Of a stretch of DNA of 53,091 nucleotides, positions 17,901 through 30,300 are shown one piece after another. Position 1 is the first letter of the stretch; each line of letters opens with the position of its first letter. The DNA is from a virus. Taxonomy: Duplodnaviria > Caudoviricetes. Made by a program: the position numbers and the translations under genes. The notes under the pieces are model-generated. The model saw only the letters and a list, made by a program, of their open reading frames with translations, had not been told where the DNA came from and made no database searches. The stretch covers positions 1 through 53,091 of the IMG/VR virus record IMGVR_UViG_3300021963_000167, one strand, 5' to 3'.

Positions 17901-20900
17901 GGTCATATTCGGTCCTATCATTCCAAAAAATTGAGTTTCAGTAATACGTCCAAGAGATCTTGTATCTACATTTAAAAATGTAGAAGATTCTGTATAGATT
18001 TCTGGTATTGGTTGTTGTGTATATGGATTAAATTTAAAAACGTCTAAAACTGGCTTCAGATTGGGATTTACTGGTAATACTTGACCAGTTGTAAAATCTA
18101 CGATTGGAATTGGATTCACTATGAATCCTGGGTTTGAACCATTTGAAGGCCCAGATTTGTGATTTGGTTTGCACAATTTAAATGTTATTCTTTGAGCAGT
18201 AAAATGTGGATCAGTTTGTACGGTTTCACCAATTTCAAACTTACCAGAAATCATTTGGATTTCCAATAGTTTTGGAATTACATAATTAGACATATCAATA
18301 CCTTCAAAGAAAGGATAAAAACGAGTTAATGGTCTTAATCCTTTCGAATCAAATTCAATATTTCTACTTCTTAAATATTTTATTTCCTCATCATAATGAG
18401 AAATGCTAGAAGTTTTTGTGTCGGAAGTTACAATTCTGGGTGGAACTACAACAGTTTTAATATTTGTAGTTGATTCTGTAGTAGTAGTAATATTTGATCC
18501 TGTGACATTAGTTTCACTACTAGTTCCACCAATATCAAACCTAAGAAGTGCTTCATAATTGCCATTATTGGTTTCAATTGCAGTTATATAATTGTTTGCA
18601 ACATCAGGTGGAACAAGTTTTCTAATTAACTCTTTATCTGCTTGATTTACTCTAGATTTTACTAAATTGAAGTAAATAAAATTGTTTCCAATTACAGTTC
18701 CATCTCCAGATGCATTACTTCCAAATCTAACGACATCTCTTCCTGCTATATCTTTAATATCTTTTAAAATAATTCTTGCATTGGTAATCCAATCAAATCC
18801 GGGAATTCCGGTCTGAATTACTGTTGGTTGGTTGTAAACACTTTGATTTTTAGTAACATTATTTACTACTGTGAGATTTTGGTCTTCTCTTGTTACGTTA
18901 TTTTTAATTTCATTATAACTTGTAGTTTGTACTTTTTTTTCTTCCAACCAGGTATCAATTGGTGGATTTAATTCTACAATTCCCTGCCAATATCTTACCA
19001 AAAATGGAGTTATACTTTCAGTTTTAGTTGCATAAGGTTGTTCAAAATATTGCCTTTCTACATAATCTAATGTAATCAAATCTCCAGTTTTTCTGATATT
19101 TGGTGATCCCAAATCAGTAACATAACTTTGATCATCATTTGGGCTAAACGTTTTACCAATTCCTCTGATTATTTCAGACCCCAATTGCAAATCTATTGAT
19201 GTTGTATAATGCGTTGGTCTTAATGTATTAGTACTAGTGTCAATAGAGGATCTGAATATTCGATTTGATAATTGATGATATTCATGAGAACTAAAATTAT
19301 CTACGAAGAAACCACATTTGAATCTATCTAAACCAGTTTCTGCATCTTTAATATTAAAGTTCTCAGTTTTACTTTCTAACATTGAAAGTGTAGTAAATTT
19401 TTCAACTCTTTCAATCCTGTCCTCAAGTAAGGAAATGTCGGACATTCGATATCTCTTATGTTTGGACATATCGACAGAAACATTTTTTACATCATAAACA
19501 TATGGCGGAATAAGAATAGTTGCAATATCTAAAGAATTTGCTTTGAGTGCTGGTGGAAATGGAGATTCTGAAGGATTTCCTTGAACAACTTCAAAAGTAC
19601 CATCATTATTTACAAAAACTCTGTCAATTCTACCAACATAGTATGAATATGATAAAATTAAATTTTCTCCTGGGCATAGAGTATATTCTGAGTATTGACC
19701 ATCAGAAGCAAAATTTCTTGCAGAAAATTCAAATGGAGACAGCGAGGAAGGTGTATAAGGGGCAACTCTAGGTCTTATATCAATATAATCAGTTAGTCTT
19801 GAATTTTCGTATAAACTTACATCATGTTTAAAATTATCAGGATTATAACTATTTGCTGTAATAAATTCTCCAGTGTCTGAAGGATCGATTGTATAATTTT
19901 GAAATATAATCTTTATCCTTCTGGATGGTGGTTGAATATTGCCCCTTCTTATTATTCTAGAATAATCATAAAAAGTATCTCTTTGTCCATTATCAAATAT
20001 AAAGTTTTGTGTGATATTATTATCACCTAGTGTTTTTTCTGAGATAATTGCTTCTTCTGTTGATTGACTACCAATCACTAATTCGCCAACTGAAAATTGT
20101 ATCGTATTTAGATAAACATAATCCAGATAATTAACACCGGTTTTTTCAACTATAATTGCTACAGCACCAGAAGTTTTTCCTTCAATTTGCTCTCCTATTA
20201 CAAAATTTTGATTATTATTTACATTTCCAGAAATTCTTAATGATGGTACAGAAGGATCTAAACTATTAGTTGACTCATAAATAGCAAGAACTCTAACTAC
20301 ATCTGGAACATTTAAACTTATAATTTTATCCTGAACTCTAGTCCCATAAACATTACTATAAGTAAGTCCATCATTCAGAGTTGTAGTTCCTATTCCAGAG
20401 TTAGTAAGGGATGAATTTGATACAACTAAAGAAGAAACCTTATTAAACTTTTTAATCTTAGAACTTGGATTTATATTTTTTACAGTAGCTATAACAATTG
20501 CATTTGTGCCACTTTCTTTCGATAATCCATAAAAAGTTAATTCTTTTCCGCCATTAGGATTAATATTAAATTGATCTTGTCTTAGTGGTTCTATTGTGCC
20601 ATCGGAATAAGTAATTACAAATCTATCCTCATCAAAAGAATCAAAGAAAATATCTTTATCCCCAGGATCAATGCTAATTGTTATTAAATTACCACTAAAA
20701 TTATTAACATTATATGAACGTCTTTGAATTATTTCATTTTCAATAAAATTGACTTCGGATACATTATTATGATTAAGTTGTGTTAATAGTGAAGAATTCC
20801 TAGATTCTGTTTCTAGTTCAATTTTTATGATATTTGCGACTTCAAAAGATCCGGAAGGTAGTATTCCATTACAAATACCGCTAACGGTAGTAATACCTGC

Positions 20901-22790
20901 GATAGTAAATGAAGTTCCAGACAATCCTACAGATGTTACTTTATTATAAATTGGATCTCCAGTGAAAGTTGTACTGGCGTAAGAAATTATATCTCCAGAT
21001 TTTACTAGATTTATGAAATCGTTTCCCAAACCCGCAGATACAACTCCATTATTAATTCTAAATATAGTTCCTGGTTTGGAAATATAAGAGGCTTTAGATA
21101 GAACTACATCTGCATTGAAAGTATTAACTCCTACTTTAGAATAAATGGATTTTATGTCGGATAAAGAATAATCTGTTACTGAGTTAATTAATCTGCCATT
21201 ATCAATACCATTGATAATAATATACTCATTTTCTAAAAAGTTGCCAGATGTCTCATACAATGTTAACTCTCTATTATTTGCGGATATTGACTCTTTAAGA
21301 TAACCTGTGGCTCTACTTTTCTTACCTTCAATAAAACAAGGAGTTGAAAGACCAGAACCACCAAAAGAAGTCGTTAAACCTATTTTTGTATATGTTTGAA
21401 TATCAAATAATCTCAAATTAATTCTACTTTTATCATCTAAATATCCAGTTTCCGGAACACAATCGTATATTCTTGCAAGACCTATTGTAGATCCTGCAGC
21501 TACTGAAGAAGATTCTTCAATACGAGAATTCATCAAACTTACAGTAGTATTGGTTCCTAGACCAATTGAAGGAAACCCGTAAATGTTATTTACAGTAAAT
21601 GAAGTTCCTGCATTGAAAGGAATAACTTGGTTTGATATGGATTCTGTTGTTCTGGGTTTAGGTACATCTATAAGTGTAGGGGAAATAGTTTCTACATCAT
21701 ATCCTCTTACATATGCTTTGCCTGGCCCAATTTGATACACCATCAAATCTTCTTTTGGTGCATTTCCTTGTACGGTTTCTTGTTCTTTAAAATATATTCC
21801 TTCGTTTAAAACTCTATCATTTAAACTATCTCTAACAAATAAACTAAATGGACGAACAAAATAATCTCCTGACTCATCGTAAGTTCTTCTTGCTAATTCA
21901 TCTCTAATTAAATTATATTGAGAATTGACATTAAAAAATTGAGGTATTCCATTCCTCACTCTTAAAATTTCTATAAAATTATCTACTTGTGTATCATTTA
22001 CATCCTTTTTAGACAGTTCTAGTCTTATTCTAAATCTATCAGCTCCAGGAGCTGCATAATTAGAAAATCCCTGTGCATTGTCAAATAGACTATCATCCTC
22101 GTCTGAAGTTACGATTTCTTCAATAATATCAAAACCAACTCTATATGAAGGTCTGATAGAATATTGATCTAAAAGAATTCTTTGCTCATCTACTCTAGCA
22201 AATACCCCTCTTACAAAATAAATCGCCTGAGCAGCTAAAACGCTAGATCCTTCAGAAGTTGCATTTGTTGTTATTGTATTACATACACCTTGCCCAACTT
22301 GAATTGTAAAATTGCCATAAGTAAGAGGAGTTTCTAAAGTTAAAGTCTCTCCACTTTGAAAAATTTTGTTTGTAAAATTTTCTCCTCCACTTGTAATATA
22401 TTTTAAATAAAGAGTGTAATTTCCTCGATCAGAATCTGTGTTTTTTAAAAGATAAATTACCTCTGCTATAATTCCACTTATAGAACCTCTTAATTTTTTT
22501 CCTAAAAGTTCATCAAAGTATAAAGAGATTGGAGATCCATTGAAAGAATCCTCAATTTCTACTGCATATAATGGGTTTTCATATCTCAAATCTCCCGGAA
22601 TTACAACAGATCCTTCTTTAAAAATATGCTTTCCATATTGTTCGACTTGATTTTGGAGAATTGACTGTAAAGTAGTTAATTCTCTTGCTTGAATTGGATA
22701 ACCTGGTTTAAATAAGACTTTATAATAGTCTTTATTAGAATCAAAATCATCAAAATATGGAGAGACGTTGAGGTTAGTTTCCTGTGGCAT
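14913..22790 (-). CDS. Large VrlC-like baseplate/tail structural protein
   Basis: NLNVSPYFDDF, VLFKPGYPIQARELTTLQS, APGADRF, ELARRTYDESGDY, DPLAQSF. Confidence 0.85.
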   Translation of the reverse strand: MPQETNLNVSPYFDDFDSNKDYYKVLFKPGYPIQARELTTLQSILQNQVEQYGKHIFKEGSVVIPGDLRYENPLYAVEIEDSFNGSPISLYFDELLGKKLRGSISGIIAEVIYLLKNTDSDRGNYTLYLKYITSGGENFTNKIFQSGETLTLETPLTYGNFTIQVGQGVCNTITTNATSEGSSVLAAQAIYFVRGVFARVDEQRILLDQYSIRPSYRVGFDIIEEIVTSDEDDSLFDNAQGFSNYAAPGADRFRIRLELSKKDVNDTQVDNFIEILRVRNGIPQFFNVNSQYNLIRDELARRTYDESGDYFVRPFSLFVRDSLNDRVLNEGIYFKEQETVQGNAPKEDLMVYQIGPGKAYVRGYDVETISPTLIDVPKPRTTESISNQVIPFNAGTSFTVNNIYGFPSIGLGTNTTVSLMNSRIEESSSVAAGSTIGLARIYDCVPETGYLDDKSRINLRLFDIQTYTKIGLTTSFGGSGLSTPCFIEGKKSRATGYLKESISANNRELTLYETSGNFLENEYIIINGIDNGRLINSVTDYSLSDIKSIYSKVGVNTFNADVVLSKASYISKPGTIFRINNGVVSAGLGNDFINLVKSGDIISYASTTFTGDPIYNKVTSVGLSGTSFTIAGITTVSGICNGILPSGSFEVANIIKIELETESRNSSLLTQLNHNNVSEVNFIENEIIQRRSYNVNNFSGNLITISIDPGDKDIFFDSFDEDRFVITYSDGTIEPLRQDQFNINPNGGKELTFYGLSKESGTNAIVIATVKNINPSSKIKKFNKVSSLVVSNSSLTNSGIGTTTLNDGLTYSNVYGTRVQDKIISLNVPDVVRVLAIYESTNSLDPSVPSLRISGNVNNNQNFVIGEQIEGKTSGAVAIIVEKTGVNYLDYVYLNTIQFSVGELVIGSQSTEEAIISEKTLGDNNITQNFIFDNGQRDTFYDYSRIIRRGNIQPPSRRIKIIFQNYTIDPSDTGEFITANSYNPDNFKHDVSLYENSRLTDYIDIRPRVAPYTPSSLSPFEFSARNFASDGQYSEYTLCPGENLILSYSYYVGRIDRVFVNNDGTFEVVQGNPSESPFPPALKANSLDIATILIPPYVYDVKNVSVDMSKHKRYRMSDISLLEDRIERVEKFTTLSMLESKTENFNIKDAETGLDRFKCGFFVDNFSSHEYHQLSNRIFRSSIDTSTNTLRPTHYTTSIDLQLGSEIIRGIGKTFSPNDDQSYVTDLGSPNIRKTGDLITLDYVERQYFEQPYATKTESITPFLVRYWQGIVELNPPIDTWLEEKKVQTTSYNEIKNNVTREDQNLTVVNNVTKNQSVYNQPTVIQTGIPGFDWITNARIILKDIKDIAGRDVVRFGSNASGDGTVIGNNFIYFNLVKSRVNQADKELIRKLVPPDVANNYITAIETNNGNYEALLRFDIGGTSSETNVTGSNITTTTESTTNIKTVVVPPRIVTSDTKTSSISHYDEEIKYLRSRNIEFDSKGLRPLTRFYPFFEGIDMSNYVIPKLLEIQMISGKFEIGETVQTDPHFTAQRITFKLCKPNHKSGPSNGSNPGFIVNPIPIVDFTTGQVLPVNPNLKPVLDVFKFNPYTQQPIPEIYTESSTFLNVDTRSLGRITETQFFGMIGPNMTLIGKKSGAVAKITNIRLISDNSGRLLGSIYIPNPNIPSNPKWINGQNTFTLIDTPTLQNAGNIYKEFISNTRVNESSAEAEFASKGTYKVEQTNILTTRTITILSSYNLTVKTTTNTTTNTTTFDSTQTVTAKPNQVAIWEYKDPLAQSFFVTESTGIFLTSVEIFFETKDDSLPVSLQIRPLIAGVPSNVVVPFSEVTLTPDQVNVSKDGTVATKFIFSSPVYLPGPQQLEVRQSPIGSQQTSQFAVVLFSGSPQYRVFIAELGKKSLLPGDSPDNGTGVRVSVQPTLGSLFKSQNSSTWSPAQLEDLKYRLYRADFIANEGAVRYFNPKLDLGNEKLTVTGENQVLSLSKKIIVGLGSTGYDTTNVVPGVTLVQGSATGKLIGIAGSITSGVGLGISIANPGFGYTAGTFTNISLETETGTGIGAKATIGITTVTTSSGNVIGIATVTITDGGFGYQVGDSLLIPETGMGQNVGFGGRLTVKNIASRNAFIIDNVQGEFNVGLTTVSYRTGAGTTIVTGAGVTINTITPDPYYDGLHMKILHMNHGMHSTENLLRISSFRPLQSEVNSSTTSLITSGQTTIPLESSLGFEIFEGIEVNAINPGYAIIGEEVISYTGISGNSLTGVTRGIDGTKSQPYGIGVAGISVPVYKYEFNGVSLRRINKVHNFTDVVSTHPIELNSYFIKIDTSDNAGIGSDRTNDLYFKETIQTGNSGTILTNNIQFEAITPNVAYIIPAKTNISCKIRTFTGTSINGNEKSFVDDGFTTISLNDTYYFDTPRIICSDVNEERYITESPGNKSFSMEFLLTTEDSRISPVIDDIQVNAILTSNLINSPYGVNENSNYANDDTIRSLYDDKHATIYLSKPVRLKIPANSIKVLLSANRNETNDIRVLYQLFRDDSPKLSQNFELFPGYSNYQIDGQGIKRVIDPSLNDGSSDSFVQISSDTGFLDYEYSVDDLPDFNAFAIKIVMAGTNQATPPTISQLRAIATIRPRV

Positions 22791-22796
22791 AATTCT

Positions 22797-24347
22797 TTAA
22801 AATTGCAAAATAACTTTAATATCTTCTTTTTGGTTTGATGATCTAGTAATAGACGGTCTATTGTCAACATAAATTATATTTCCAGAATATTTTTTTACTT
22901 CTGGATTTGCTAGGCCACCAATAAAAAATTGACCAAGATTATATGTTCTACTATTTAGTGTAGTGGAGATACCAGTAAATGAAGTATCAATAGAAAGATT
23001 TGTTCCTGTTATAAAAGTTGTTCCACCGGTTCCCACAGAGTTTGTAAATCTATTTAAATTGAGTCCATAAGATGGAGATGAATTTTGAGACCCATTGGTA
23101 TTAAATCCTACAAGGCTTTTATCTTGCCAATACTTTAATACACCTGTGTTTTGATCATATGAGATGACTCTACCAACAGCGGTTGTTCCTGCACTAATAG
23201 TTTGTGTAACTATAGAATTTGCAATAAATGATGCCCTATCATATCCAACTCCGGTCAATTTTAACGCATAAACTGCGCTTGCTTTATCTAAATCTAGCAA
23301 TGAATTTGAGTCATACGCCTGAGGATTTTCTACAAGTCCAATTCTTGCTATTTTATTTCCGGTAATAAAATCTGGATTCTCAATATCATTTTCTATTCTA
23401 GAAAAAATAAGAACATTATATGCACCAAGTTCTTTATAAACGTCAAATCCATGTCCTCCTTTTGGTGGAATAATTACATCAAAAGTAGGGGTCACTGTAC
23501 CAACTGGAACATTGCCACCAATTAAATCGACAGTTCCATAGGTATATCCTGAACCACCAATAGAAACAGATATTGATTCTATCTTAGAATCATTATTAAC
23601 TATTATTGTTGCTTTGCCTCCAATCCCATCTCCCTTAATTGGAACATTTGTATAAGTTCTATTTGCTGTTCCCAATCCAACTCCACGATTTGTAATTGTA
23701 ATAATTTTAAGTTGATTGTTTTCTGCAGATGCATTATTTCTAATTGCAGCAGATTCGCTTGAAGATTCCCAATTTTTTGGAACAGGTATAAAATTAACAG
23801 TATCAAATTTTATAATCTCACTTGGTTTAATAGTGTAAAGATATTTCCAGATATACCCATCACCACTGTCGCCAGCTGCTTTTGGCTCTAAATCTGTAAA
23901 AGTTGGTTCATCTAATGAAGGCGTTCCGGATGGATTTTCTGGATCAGTTCCATTTTGAAGACAAATATAAACCCTAAAATCACTGTTAATTACATAATAA
24001 TTTGAAAAATATAAACTTGTGGCCCCCGATGGTTTTGATGTATTAGTCCTACTGATATCATGACGATACATATCATAAGTTGTTCCCGAAGACCAAGTAT
24101 TTTTTTTAACAACCTGGTTCATGTCACTTGCTTTAATTTTTTTTAAAGCAATCATAGTATCCCAATAATCATACTCATGTTCAAAACTGTCTTTGGGTGA
24201 AGGTGGGTTATTATCCCAATCTATAGCATAATCTGATGCATTTGATAATCCAACGAAAGAATAGTAAGAATTAGTAGAAGAAGTTGCCGTGGCGACAAAA
24301 TTCTTAGCATTCAAAATTCTTAATTGATCAGTTATAATTGCAGACAT
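22797..24347 (-). CDS. g8: Baseplate wedge subunit
   Basis: MSAIITDQLRILNAKNF, YDMYRHD, RVYICL, DGYIWKYLYTI, SGNIIYVDNR...EDIKVILQF. Confidence 0.9.
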   Translation of the reverse strand: MSAIITDQLRILNAKNFVATATSSTNSYYSFVGLSNASDYAIDWDNNPPSPKDSFEHEYDYWDTMIALKKIKASDMNQVVKKNTWSSGTTYDMYRHDISRTNTSKPSGATSLYFSNYYVINSDFRVYICLQNGTDPENPSGTPSLDEPTFTDLEPKAAGDSGDGYIWKYLYTIKPSEIIKFDTVNFIPVPKNWESSSESAAIRNNASAENNQLKIITITNRGVGLGTANRTYTNVPIKGDGIGGKATIIVNNDSKIESISVSIGGSGYTYGTVDLIGGNVPVGTVTPTFDVIIPPKGGHGFDVYKELGAYNVLIFSRIENDIENPDFITGNKIARIGLVENPQAYDSNSLLDLDKASAVYALKLTGVGYDRASFIANSIVTQTISAGTTAVGRVISYDQNTGVLKYWQDKSLVGFNTNGSQNSSPSYGLNLNRFTNSVGTGGTTFITGTNLSIDTSFTGISTTLNSRTYNLGQFFIGGLANPEVKKYSGNIIYVDNRPSITRSSNQKEDIKVILQF

Positions 24348-24364
24348 CTTTGCGTTTTTTTATA

Positions 24365-24372
24365 TATTTATG
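24365..24372 (-). promoter_or_regulatory. Late promoter CATAAATA
   Basis: Motif ~17 nt upstream of g8. Confidence 0.55.
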
Positions 24373-27300
24373 TAGTTGAATAACCAATATATTTCAAACG
24401 ATTAAATCTTTGAATAATTGGTGATGTCGAAATTCCACCAATATTTGCATATGTTCTAAATTCATGTGGTTCTTTACGGGTCGGAGTAGAGATTCTTCCC
24501 CAACTATATTCGCCATAGAAACTACTAAATCCAAATCCACTTAAATTGTTATATCCAGAAACACTTACAGTTACTTTAGCAACATATGTAATTCCGACTC
24601 CAGCAACAGCAGTCTGTGCAATTGAAACCGCAGCAACTTGATAGATATTATCAATGAAAGTAGTTCCAATACCAACTGTACTACCAGATGAATTTAATGA
24701 TGTGAGACCAAATCCAATATTTGATTTATTAACAACAAAATAATACCCAGTTTGAATTCCACTAATGCCAGTTGTTGCAATTCCAACCTTTACAGTTTTT
24801 CCATCTCTCAAAGGAGAATTTTGTGGAATATAAAAATCAAATATAATGCATGTAGATGCAACACCAATAGAAGTTGTTTTGATTCCAGTAATAATACCAA
24901 AATCTCCATTGTAAGAAATATTATCCACAATCTCATAGTTTGGTTGAGGTGGTTCAATTAATACTATCGGTGGATTTAAAGTTGTATATCCAGTTCCCGC
25001 GTTTGATATTGAAATAGATGAAACAGTTCCACCAACTGATAGTATAGAAGATGCCAATGCGGTGATACCTAAACCAATTTTAAATTCAATATTCTCATAA
25101 GATTCTGTATTTAAAGTTGTTGTTGAAATTCCAATAGTGCCAATTCCAATAAATGTCACGGTTGTCCCCGTAGAAACTGTATTAAGAGGTTCAAATATTT
25201 CATATCCAACAATAATATTTGAAGTATTAATACCTGTAATTAAATTTGTATTGACACCAACATTTCCTACAGTAGAAATAAGATAACCAATTGGTTTTTG
25301 TATTGAAATACTTGGTGAGGTTGTGTATCCAACTCCACCATCAGAAACTATAATTGAGGAAATAGTACCAGAAGTTGAAACAACAGCTGTTGCAGCAGCT
25401 GCTATCAAATTATCTTGAGATACAATTAAAATTTTATTCTGTGGTTTTTCTGTTGTTCCATTGTGAGTATATTCTTTTTCACTATCAAAAAATGTTCTAA
25501 CACTTTCTACGAAAATTTCAGTTGATGTAATTCCCACATTTTGAATAATATTTGAAACTGGTTGAATATATGGTTCATAAATTACTCTATTTTTCCCAAC
25601 AGATTGCCCATTTACAACCAAATCTTCAGTCTGTTTACACCAAATTACTGGTCTTAATAAATCTCTTTCTTGTGATATTCCTGGACCTGGATATAAATTT
25701 GTGTTGAGAGTATCTGAAGAAATAATTTCTGTTGCCAGTCTATCGTTTTGATTAAAAAGAATAGTTTCATCTTTAAGAGAAACTAAGTCACCTACTTTAA
25801 TAGTCTCTAAAATATCAATCGATTGAGTGTCCACACCACTAGTTCCCCTATAAAATAAAATTTTAGATTTATCACCTTCCTTTGGTGGTTCCGTAAATGT
25901 AATTGTACTTCCTCCATTAAAAATATATCCCTTACCTGGAACTTGTAGGACATCATTTATAAAAATTAACAGAGATGCTTCAAGTGCTTGTTGATCAATA
26001 ATAGATCCTTTTTTAGATCTAATTGTAGTTTGATTACCTTCGATTAGTATTGGAAATATTGTTCTATTTCCATCAAATAGATAATCTATAGGGTCAATTA
26101 CTTGAATGTTACCTATTGACCATGCACTAAAATTATCTGATTGGATAGAATCAACTACAATTTGGAATTCTGAAAAACTTGCCGATGAAGTTGTTTGAAT
26201 TCCAGATGTTCCACCAATAGAAACTGTTAATATTTCTTGTGGTTTATATCCATATCCAAGATTTTTTAACTCGAATGAAATTATACTTGATCCTTGGCCA
26301 ACAATAATATCTACATATGCACCTGTTCCAAATCCTGCCAGCGATTGCGAACTGTAAACCAATGGAAGGTTTGAATATGATAATGGATAATCAAATACAA
26401 CAATTGGTGGATTTGATGATGTATATCCAATTCCGGGATTTGTAATAGCGATGCTTACAACACTTCCATTAATGACTGCGGCCGTACCAATAAATTCAAT
26501 ATTAGAGTTTTCAGTCTTAACTCCAACATTAATGATATTTTGAATTCCAAGCCTATACCCAGAACCACTATTACCTATACTAATAGATTGAATTGTACCT
26601 GCAGAAGATACTAAGGCTGTCCCTCCCGCCGCCACAAGGGGTTGGTATCCAAATCCTTGAGTTGATCCTATTGAAAGGATAATTCCACCTCTGGGTATAT
26701 TTGCGGCGTTTACATCATAACTTGTGGAATTTGCAGTACCAGTAAATGAAATACTAGTTATACCTACATTTTCAATCAGATCATAATCACCCAAAATATT
26801 GGAAGAAACTGGGCCCTGAAAAATATTATTAATTAATACAATTGCATTGTCTGTAGATATTCCGGTTATATTTGATTCTTTTGATTTTAATGTAAATAAT
26901 TTTTGAGATCCATTGAATTTATCAGAGATATCATCAAAAATATAATTATTTTTATAGGATTCGTTTAAAGTGTCAGGTTCTCCAGATCTTAAAAATACTC
27001 TTCCACTAAAAGATGAATTTGTGGTAATTCCTGTATAATCGATTTCGTCTGGTCTATTTGATAAATTTTGAACAGATACTCCACCAAAAGGAGCTTCGGT
27101 AAAATAAAGAACATTATCAAGAATATTATAATTACCCAAAACTTTAGTAACTTGATTGGATAATGAGTGTGCCGATAGTTTGGTTCCCAACCAAGGTCTG
27201 ATAACTGATATTGCATTTGTACTTGCAACGCCAACTGCTGCAACTTTCATGATCTCATCATTAATTTGAATTAAAGATCCATTGTAAATTGAACTTATTT

Positions 27301-30300
27301 TGGAAACATAAATCTCAGAATCAAAAAGTGTTACATTCTTTGTAAGAATAGTTGTAGTTGATGTTGATACAATAGGTGATTGAATCAGATTATCAATTCC
27401 CAAAATGACTTTATTATTTTGATTTTTTGAATCTAAAATATGAGAATTTCCTATTCCAACTGAAGTTAGATTTAAAACGTTCGGAACGCTTTGAAGTGCC
27501 TCTGAAGCTGATGCCGCAACTTTAATATCAAGATCGTTAATTTTAACAACATAAAGAGATGTTGGTAATTTATTAGTAATTCCAATTCCACTAATAGACG
27601 TTGTTGCTATACTAATTGCTTGAGTTGTTCCTAATCCGGGATAGGAATATTGAATTTCCTCACCAGTTGTATAAAAATGATTTGGGATTCTAATTGTATC
27701 ATTATTATTGTTCACAATATCTGAACTACTTGCATCAAAATATCTTTTAAAAATCGGTATATTTTTATGGGTTAAATTAAATGATTTTTTAATATCATTT
27801 TCTGTTCCAGTATAACTACCATAACTGTAATTAACTGATCCATTTGTTAATGATATTTCCTCAGATCCTTCTTTTAGACCAAGGTCTACTTTAAATATCT
27901 TTATATCAACGTCAATATTTTCGGTAGGAGTAAAGTAGATATTTGTGCTTGATCCAGAAATTCCTGCAGTTACAATTCCAAGAGAAGAATTTGTTTCTAT
28001 TATTCCAAATTTTGTTGCATAGCAGGTTGAAGTTGAATTGTCAGTAAGTGTTAAAAACTCAAAGACTTCATACTCAGAATTAGTTGAGTCTTCAATACTA
28101 ACGATTGAATATGAAGCACTATATTCATCCGAATATGACGTAATTATATTTGCAATTGGGGCACTTGAAGATGCAATACCAACCGATGATGAATTAAGAG
28201 AACTGCCTTTAAGTATTTGTGTCCCAATTCCAGAAGAAATTGTATTGCCTAACGATACGTTAAAAGTATTAACAATATACTCAACATCCGTGGAATTATT
28301 AGGTATCAAATCAATTCGAACAACTGATCCTGAAAGGTAGGCATTGTAAGTTCCTATTCCCAAAGATGATTGTGAATTGAAAGTGTTAGTTGTAAGTTGG
28401 CCATAATCAATAAAATAGACATTAGTTCCATTATGAATATAGGTAATTTCTTCATATTCAAAGTAAGATGAATCAGTTGCCCCAATTTGCACAAGAACTT
28501 TTGCAGATCTATAGGTGGATGCAATTCCAACAATATTTGTTGCAGTTGAAGTTCCTATAGGAATAATTTCAGTATTTGTATCAATTTTTACAGAATCTCC
28601 TAAATTTATAGTTCCAATTCCTGAGTTAATATTATTTAAATTAAAGGAAAATAATTCTACATGGTAATTATTAATTTTTGATTTGGTTGGATAAAATAAT
28701 AAATTTCCTTCGTCTTCAAAAATACTAAAATCAAAAAATCCAATATCATCCGCAGAATTTATATTTCCATATTGATTTAAAAATCCAAAAGAATCGTTAT
28801 GGAGTAAAGTGATTACACTCAATTCAGATTGATTTGAAAATCTTTTATCAATAACAAACCCGATGTATTTTTTGGATCTAAAATTATCCAAATTAAAAGA
28901 ATCAACTACACTAAACTCTGTTGAACGGGGATTACTATTAAATTGATTGGAAATATCATCAATTACTAGTACTCTATTTCCAATCGATTCTACATAATCT
29001 TGAATAACTGCAGAATTAAATATTATTTGATTCGATTTAAATGATTTATCTATATTAAGAATATTTTCTTTTGCTAAATCAAAATCATTAATACAATTTA
29101 AATTGGCGACTGAAGATAGATCAGAAATTCCAACTAAATCACCTTGATTTTGATTCGTCGAAATCCCTACATTTAATTGATTGGATTCAATTACTAAATT
29201 ACTAAATTTTTTAAATCCTACGGTATGATTTAATGTGCTTACTGGATTATCCCAGGTGTTTAAATCTTTTTGAGATTTTAGTGCATAAGAAAAATATTGA
29301 TAATAATCACCATCATGAACTCTTTGGAAATCGTTATTTAAAAATCCAGTTTCCTGGTTCCACCCTCTTCTAACCTGAGAATATGCGTCAATTTTGTAAT
29401 CAGATTCAAAATTAATTATTTTTTTGATGATTCCCGCAGATCCGGAGGTTTTTCCTTTTATTTTTTGATTTACAGCAAAATCACTTATACTAGAAACTTT
29501 GAGATATTGATTGTCAGCATCCCAATACTCAACACTTCCACTTGCAGATAGCGAATAAATAACTTCCCCTTCATAAAAAGAACTTTTTTTAAGTATTGGA
29601 TTAAAAATTGGAAAATGAGACTCTGGAACTATTCTGCCTGAGGAATTGAAGATGTTAAAAGTTCCTGGAGTTTCTTCATTATTTAAATATGAAGAAAGGT
29701 TATAAGTGACGCTCGCTCCAATTCCGCCAAGGGCAGCAGTCACACTAGTTAATGTAAATAGAGAATAATCATAATTTGAAGAATTGTATCCATTCCCAGT
29801 AGATCCAACACCAACACTTATACCTTCAACTAAAACTTTGCTCCCAATTTCAAAAGGAAAATCTTCAGGATCACTAAAACTTGCACCCAATGTAACTATT
29901 ACATCTTTTGATGTGCTGTTAAATGTAATATTTTTAATTGGAATTCCATTAGAATTATTTGTTGGAATAATTTTTGGAATAGAATTACTTAGTTCTGCAG
30001 TATTTTCTTCAATAGTAACTCTTGAATCCCCAAAAGAATATGAAAGATTAACATTTGACATTATCTTATTTGATAAACCGTCAACTACAACGAGGGTTGG
30101 TATAGTATTATAATTCCTTCCAAATGATACAATTCCAATATAATCAAATGTTGATAATGTATCAAGAACTAAAATATCTGGATATTTTGCCTTAGGTCTA
30201 ATACTATAATCCGCAAAGTATTCAAAACCAATATCCTGTATCTCTACAGAAGTAATTTTTCCAATTGAATTACTTATTGGAGTAAGAACCGCACCAGAAC